A stretch of DNA of 58,571 nucleotides, filler included, from Sphacelaria rigidula (lineage: Eukaryota): the NCBI GenBank assembly GCA_964200075.2. It is 7 parts of 7 records of this genome, joined end to end, with 100 filler letters (N's around TTAATTAATTAA, not from the genome) between each part and the next. Parts side by side here need not be neighbours in the genome. Positions count along the whole stretch, not along the records: positions 50,291 to 58,571 come from CAXNAA020011665.1; 6 more parts are not named here. One strand, 5' to 3'. A program made the position numbers and the translations under genes. Below, in pieces: positions 51,189-58,571 of this stretch (positions are counted from its first letter, which is position 1; each line of letters opens with the position of its first letter). The notes beneath the pieces were generated by a model. It searched no databases and was not told where the DNA came from. It saw only the letters and a list, made by a program, of their open reading frames with translations.

Positions 51189-52589
51189 ACTTACATGTGC
51201 AATAATCTCTTGCGCGACAGGCTTCGTGTGCCTTGTAAGATGGTGTTGAAATATTTTTTTACCGCACACCTTTCGTAGTCGTCCGACCCCGCACTGTCTG
51301 TTGTGCGTTGCCGTTGTTTTTGAAAACCGCATACCGCATCTTGTGTGCACCACACCAGATAGATACAACATGCTGTAGAGATAATCCCACACAAAAAATG
51401 TCTTGCTGCCCCCCATAATGTACTGCATATTACAGGTGGCGCAAATCGAACTCGGCAGCGATACCGAGGAAATCCAGTTCTATACTGTGCAGTGATCCCA
51501 AATACTACTTCCGAGTACAGCCTTGCTTAGAGTCACAGTCACGGCGGCGAACGGGATGTTCTGGAATTTTGGTCGCGATCAAGCCGCAAACCCTTGCTGG
51601 ACACTGGACAGGATACAGTCGTCTACTACTAGTATCATGATTTCCCCAATATCTAAGAATGTACCACCAGTCTATCAAGCGTCCTAAGCAGCGCTTAGGA
51701 GTTTTATTTCTCGAGAGAAATCGATGCGGGAAACCCATCCATCATGAAGCATGTACAGAAACATACCTACAGCAGCTGAAGCACCGTCGTGTTTATGTCC
51801 AAGAATAGCAGCAGTCTCAAGCACAACGATTACTGTCGACCTCAATACCTGAGGGTGCGTATGCGCAAGTGGATAGTGGAATGAACCGCACAGTACTAGC
51901 TGGGTACAAGGGACACCGATCAGACCCGCGATCGAAAGTGCAGCGTTAGCGTGGCTTCATTCATGAAGGGTGCCTACTGACCGAACCGCTTACCACTTGA
52001 AAGAAAAAAAAAGATATGCTTAAAATGTGATCTGGAGTGAAAACCACGAAGCATCCACCTTCTAACCCTGTCCACGAAGCACTATAGCCACATTTGTATG
52101 CTGTAAATTTTTCAGTCCCGTGGTCCAAACATGGGCGTCTGTATTCTAAATAAGATCAAGATTGATTGTAGCACAAAAGATGACAGATACAACAAACCCC
52201 TGAATCTCAACTAGAAAACTGCAGAAGGTACGACATTTCGTACTTTCCATGAAATATATGCAGTCAGTGGTCAGTACAACAGTAGTGCAATGTCCATTGT
52301 GAGCAGTGAAGCTTCGAAGCATGATTGTTTTGTTATTTTTCATTTTCCATCGCATATCATTTTCCATTTTGGCGGTTGGTAATTTTGAACATCAAACAAG
52401 CCAATAATTGTCTCAAACAGTGCACAGTAACACATACAGCGCGGTGCTGCGTGTAGGGTTGTGTCGGCAACTAGTCTCACAGGGCGGGGCGTAGTACGGT
52501 ACAGTTTGGTGTGTTTGAAAAGTATCTTCGCTGCAGACAATCGACTCAAAACGTCCACTTCAGATATGGCGCTCCGACTAAGCACAGGC

Positions 52590-55480
52590 TTACACATTGC
52601 GAGCTCCCTCATAGCGGACACACCAGAGAAGGACAAAGAGAACGCGGAGCCTGGTGATGACGGTGGTGCGAATACTGTGAAACGCGATGGAATGCCAAGG
52701 TATGTTGGCCGATGCTGCCCATTTACGTAGCTGTACTGTACTGTACTGTTCAAGGAAAGCGAGTGCGGACTGACTGTTGTGGTGCATAGCAGGCCGTCGG
52801 GAAGGCGGCGGCATTTCGGAACAGTATCGTATCTGCTGCCACCTCGCTTTCATGTACAGCGCAATCGCCACGTGGGCTGTTGTGTGCTGTTTGCTATACC
52901 TTGCAATATTGTCTATATAGTGGAGTACAGACACTAGCATATTGCCCCATGTCCATACTTGTACAACGTGAGCAAATATTTTCCGGTGCCACTGTCTATT
53001 ACTGTTGATTCTATATGTCCCCCCGCGTATGAGACATTATGATAGTGATGGTGGGACAGACGGTACGAGAAGCACACGGGTGTGCAGTACGAGGCAGGAA
53101 AAGTAATCGAAACAGCTGCGGGAGGAGGTTGCGGCGATGAAGTCTCGTTGTATCATGCGGTCTTACTCTACTACATTACAGTATACTACAGCGCGGATTG
53201 CTTTGCCTTGTAGAGTAAAACGCGGAATCACGCACGTGTTCTCTTTTCATCTGCGACGTTTCTCTGTTCTCGAAGGACGAGGAAAAGCCTACTTCGGAAC
53301 CCGTCATTTGCACGTTATCAAAGTATTGTAGTGTTGTATACTAAACCACTAATCAGATCGATATGAGACACGAAGTGATCGATATCGATTTTGACATCCA
53401 CGGATTTCGGCGTATCGGCGAGCCCCAGTCACCCCCCTCCTCCCCCGGTTGGAGGTGCCGCCGGAGGAAAAAGGAATGGAGCTATTTGGCTTCATTCCTC
53501 ATCATAAGACCGCTTCTGCAAGACTGAAAAAAATCTCTCTGAGAACTGCCCCTTTGAACCTCTCTTCACCGATTATTGACGAAACACGGACCTTGGCGGA
53601 TTTGGCCTCCTCGGAAAGATTTGCTCTATTTTTCACAAGGATTCAAGCACGCTTATCCGATATTTCGTACTCCCAGTTTTACCCTTGGCCGGATTCTGGA
53701 TTTTTTCAGTCACCTGAAAAAACTTCGAGTTGTCGGCAAAAAGTACATGTTTTTCTCGACAACTGGACGATTTTCGCGGCGACTGAAAAAATTCAGAATC
53801 CGGCCACGAGTAGAACTAGGAGTACGAGGGATCGGACAAGCATGCTGGAATCCTCGTGAAAAATAGAGCAAATATTTCCGAGGGGGCCAAATCCGCCAAG
53901 GCACGTATTCCGCCAATAATCCGAGGTGAAATATTCAAAAGGGCAGTTCTCAGACATTTTTTATTTTAGTCTATAAGAAGCGGCCTAAGCTCCAAACTGC
54001 ACCGCTGAAACCTGGCAGTGTTGAACCTATTTATCAACAAAATGTCAGCAGAAAATATGAAAATAAACACGAAGTATAAATTAATCATCATGTTCGGATA
54101 TTAACCACATTAAGGATCTGCTCCAGCAGGCGGCGAAGAATGGTCGCTTACGATAATATTTTTGTTTTTGAAACCGGAAAATCGATGCGCTTTTCAGGGA
54201 GGGGATGGATAAGGCCAAAGCACACGTACACAGAAAGCAGGTTACAGCAGATATCACTGAGCACCCCCACTAATGCGGTAGGACGAGATTGAACACCAAG
54301 CAACTGCTGCAGGGCATGTCTAACGAGGGTATTGTACAGACATGGAGTCCCCAACTTGTCTTCCTTCTCGCTTAATTTCCAACCAAAATTATAGCGCGAT
54401 GTGGACATGAGTACTGCGGCTGTGACCTAGAGACAACATGCACTCTCAAACGGTATTGATAACAGAGGAGAATTTGCTGCTGTACGAACGGGGCGCAATG
54501 CCCGCCACGGGAAGTGGTGAAAAAAAAACGATTACTGCGTTAAACCCTAAGGTATTTACGGAAAGCTTATATTCCACGCCGTCTTCTTGTCTCGAGGCCT
54601 AATGTGAAATACTGAAGTCATCGGATCGAAAAACGCCACACATGTCACCAGGAACCCTATTTTCGGGTCGGTCCTAGGAGAGGGGATTTGATTTTTTCCT
54701 TGACGCTGGGTGAAGTGAAAGCTGGGCGTACGTATTCACCAACAGTGTATCAGTCAATAATATGCCCTGATTGACCTGGGGTATACGTGTTAGTCCCCCT
54801 ACGGGCGTTGGAGTGTGTGCGGGAGGGGGTTACCGGGACCCTGCATAAGCACATTTAACACGTGAGAAGAAGAGCTGCGGACTCCCTCCCAAAAGTCGAT
54901 GGCCCTAGTTCGCCGCTAGAGCCCCCACATAGCCTAGTTAGCCCTAGGGTGGGTTGTAGAACGCCGCAAACGTGCGCAAAGGTGAATCCACAACCCTGCT
55001 GCTGTGTGCTGATGTGTAGATGACTGCTGTTTCGCCGCTTTTTTTGGTAACATCCTGATTGACTTGCGCGGTGGACCAAGTCAGTCGACAGGCTTTTGCG
55101 ATACTGCCCTGAGGATACAATTCCCCTGCTTCATCTGCCATGTCTTCGGCCATGGGTCCGTTGTCCTGTGGTGCTGTACAATCAATGCTGTGAGACGACT
55201 CGAAATGCTGCTCAAAATGAAATTCGGTGGTTCCACAGCACTCGAAATGCAGCATGAAGGTGGTTGCGCCGCACTCTGCGAACCGTAACGTGACCGCAAT
55301 ATCAATGAGGAGGAGAAAGGCAAAGGAAAAAAAGCTATTCTGTACCCCGAACTGACCCAAAACGACAACGTGTAGCTGTTCGTCTTGCTTCTTTCTGGCG
55401 CCACCCTTTTCGCCCGTAATTTGCCGATTCTGGCAATTTTTGCATCTTTTTTGGCCATCTGTATACTCTTTGTGGAGAAA
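52590..55480 (-). pseudogene. Possible fragmented tyrosine recombinase (Crypton/DIRS-like) relic
   Basis: Motif-like pieces in correct minus-strand order: LLIDIAVTLRFAE (R at 55283-55285), LSEKEDKLG (~54349-54375), LRKWAASANIPWHSIAFHSIRTTVITRL (HxxR at 52668-52679). Catalytic Tyr not found. Confidence 0.35.
53508..53985. mobile_element. Tourist-like palindromic MITE with TAA target-site duplication
   Basis: TAA|GACCGCTTCT...AGAAGCGGCC|TAA with ~210-bp inverted arms. Confidence 0.85.
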
Positions 55481-55494
55481 AGGTGTTTTTTTGT

Positions 55495-55803
55495 TCGTTT
55501 TTTCCTCACACTTTGAACCCCTTCCCTTCCTCGGGATGAGTCCGTGGTCTCAAGGGATCAACCCATCTCTCCCCCGGTACGTGCCTTACATTTTGGTCTC
55601 GCGGATTGGGTCAGCACTTCCGCACCGTGTCAACTCACGTCATACAAACTCAGTCGACTACTTCGTTTACTCACGTTCTCACGCTTTCCATGGTGGAAAT
55701 CGTACATGACGAAGAAAAAATCCAACGCATCGGGAATCGAACCCTCGTTCTCTACACCCTAATGGCGACAGTCGGACCATTACACCACCGGGGCGCGGCG
55801 GCC
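55495..55803 (-). mobile_element. tRNA-derived SINE (family B)
   Basis: A box TGGTGTAATGG (55777-55787) and B box GGTTCGATTCC (55733-55743). Confidence 0.82.
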
Positions 55804-56903
55804 TAGGTATACCTTACCTTATCCTGCACCTGTCAAACCTCGCCGACGGCTGTGCCCTGAATTGACCTAAAATGGCATGTTACATTTTTTCTGGCCAGTG
55901 TTCGTTTCATAGTGTACTTACCTCCTCGCGTGTCCTTTTTATTGCCGTCGTGGTTGGTTATTGTCGCGGGTCTACGTCACTGCGAGCGAACTATTGTCCA
56001 TGACCGACACATGCTATACATTAGTACCCATTCAACAGACCGTTGGGACACCACGCGGATTTCATACATAGTCCACAATTGTCTGTATCCATGTGTCGCC
56101 TCGATAAGTCATATGATAATGGTCGTACTCCATTTACGGAGTCGCACGGCCCACGCATGATGTGACATGAGTTGCGAATGAATCATTGGGACCAAATCAC
56201 ACCGAGTACCGAACACAGAAGCATTTCATGCAAGCTTATAATCTGGAATCCGTCGACGAAACCCTTCATCGGTCGAGGAAAATACTCAAATGCATCGTGG
56301 AGTATGTTGTGTAAGGTGGCGCAAGTGGGAAATGGAAGACTTGTGTCTGTTGCACCTTACGAGCTACCGTTTCTAGATTCTACTGTATCGATAATAAGAT
56401 GCGAACCGTACGTGTGGATTATGCCAGTTGACAGTGTTCCATCGCGGTGTCTAAGTTCAGTAGTGCTGTAGACGTGCCGTGTGTTCCGACCGGTGGTTAT
56501 TCGAGACAGAAGAGTGTGATGCCAGGTGCCAATTCTTACCGTTTACAAAGGAAGGTGGGCTCGCGATTATTCTTGTCCCAAATGTGGCGCTGGGGATGCT
56601 AGATCGCAGGAGAAGTACATATAATAACATAAGGTGCCGCGGGTTTTTCACACGATGCATACGAAAACGCACATTTTGCCACGTGAACCTCGAATTGCAT
56701 TATTTTTCTACAATCTAAATTTGTACAAGTACGCTTTTTATTTCCCCCCCCTTTTTTTTAATATTTTCTTCAGCGGATGATTCCATTTTATTTCATCTCC
56801 GCTGTGTTCATCATTTGATCACGGGTGTATCTCTGGGAGATCGGTTAAAGTGTGACAAGCAAATCAGTCAAATGCGCTCTTTCTGGTGGTGTGTCAAAAC
56901 CAG

Positions 56904-57415
56904 CAAGGTTGAATTCCGTAGGGTACGGGTATGTTCGGTAGGGTATGAAATTTCTTGCAAAACTTGCACAACTATCGGGTACCGGTTTGAAAGTGTCACA
57001 GGACTTACAGAACCTGTCGGGTAGGATATGGGAGTCTTACAGAACTTACAGAACTTGTCGGGTAGGATATGAAGGCTGCGCAGAAATCCGAACCCGGAAC
57101 AGGGCATTTCTACACGGGTATAGCCGCGCCCCGGATAAGGGCAAAAATTGCGTACAGAACTTACAGGGTTATCGGGTAAGGGGATGGGAAACTTACAGAA
57201 GTTACGTACCCATCGGATTCCGGTACGAAATTTTTACAGAAATCACAGAACTATCGGGTATGGGTGTGGAAGCCTCACAGAATTTCCAGAACTTTCAGAA
57301 CTATCGGGTATTGATATGGAAGTCTTACAGAAGTCACAGAACTGTCGAGTATCGGTAATACCCGAAAAAATATCCCGGGTATACAAAAAAACGCACCCTA
57401 CAGAGCAAAATCTTG
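56904..57415. mobile_element. MITE with CAAGGTT...TAGGGT TIRs and internal subrepeats
   Basis: caaggttgaattccgtagggt is inverted to accctacagagcaaaatcttg. Internal ttacagaac..tcgggta units. No TSD recognised. Confidence 0.6.
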
Positions 57416-58571
57416 TACACGACCGCCATTAACGTAGATGACCTGCACTTCGCTACTTGATGCCCCTGGTGGCTCAGATGAACCACCCCCACTCGAACCA
57501 CCACTTGAATCTGGGGGTGCTTCATCCTGACGGTTTGCCTTGCGGCTTGTGTTCGTGTTTCCACTCAACGGTACCCCGTAGCCCGTCAGTGTACGAGATT
57601 CACGAACTTGATCATGGTGTAGAGTAAACAAGGGGGGTTTGATTGATGGAGATTGGGGGTACAAGTTGAGGTCATCATAGTATTATAGAGAGTTTCGAAT
57701 GCAAGATTCATTTCAAATCAGAGGACAAGTTCGGAGTGGAAACCTATGAAAGCTTAGTGTGGACGCTGGAAACTTCAGAACAGAAGCTACTGTGAAGTGG
57801 CGTGACGTTGATTTTTTTGTCGCAGTGATTGGCCGCAGTTTCCCCCGCCAAATGTGCGATCGAGCTGTTTCCGGTTTGGAAATGCAAACGAGTAGGTCAA
57901 CACAGCAGTGTACAACTTTAGCGAGTCTGTATTGCGTCGAACCCTGCGACACCTTACCGTATGGTACACTACGCTTTACTGCACTTGCACTACTTCACTT
58001 CACTACAGCGCACCACAGGGCACTGTCCTGCTATACAATACACAGTACAGACAGTGCAATGTAGTGCAATGCAGAGCCGTACAGTACATCGTGGCACGGT
58101 AAAGTACACCGATACCGCAGAAACGGCACGGGAGCATTTGTAAAGAACAGACAAAGCCCCGTTGCGACGATCTTGCAACATGCCACCCATCACGGTAGTG
58201 CAAGACGTCATGACCCCTAACAGAATGGCGGTGCAGCCAGGTGCAGCACTGGTTGTGCGCTGTAGACTACGACTCGTCCACACCGTCTTCATCCGACTGA
58301 GGCTGGCAAGAGTGAGGAGCTGTACCCGAGGCAACGTCCTGAACGCGCCGAGCTTTTATTTTAAACTTTACGCAACACAACCAAGCGAATGCTGGTGCCA
58401 CCGCGGCAACAGGGAGGCCCTCTGTTTGCGATGCCAAGCATTGCTACTTCATGACTCGTCCATTGTGACGAGGATGACGCTTGTGATGAATGTTCCACGG
58501 TTAGGACGAATCGTCACGGGTTCCAATCACCAAATCCACGATTCCTTCGGCCTGATTGCCCAAAAGGGAGA

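Overview
Eukaryotic, repeat-rich DNA, most likely from a brown alga (inferred from intron size and GT-AG pattern, RACK1/NMD3 sequence, TTAGGG tracts and repeat types). The window is not contiguous. It is seven contigs of 8283, 8282, 8282, 8281, 8281, 8281 and 8281 bp joined by artificial 100-nt linkers (44N-TTAATTAATTAA-44N), so adjacency across gaps is not biological. Contig 1 is a decayed Ty3/gypsy element whose integrase ends in a chromodomain plus a PWWP/Tudor-like domain. Contig 4 holds a copia fragment and a second gypsy element (WLDD RT). Contig 6 holds a complete 8-exon RACK1 gene (minus strand, 317 aa) head-to-head with exon 1 of NMD3. RACK1 introns 4 and 5 each carry a copy of a ~218-nt H/ACA snoRNA-like RNA whose 3' pocket matches the LSU rRNA site equivalent to yeast 25S Psi2975. 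Contig 7 carries scattered tyrosine-recombinase-like motifs (a possible Crypton/DIRS-type relic). The rest is tRNA-derived SINEs, Tourist-like and other MITEs, foldbacks and minisatellites.
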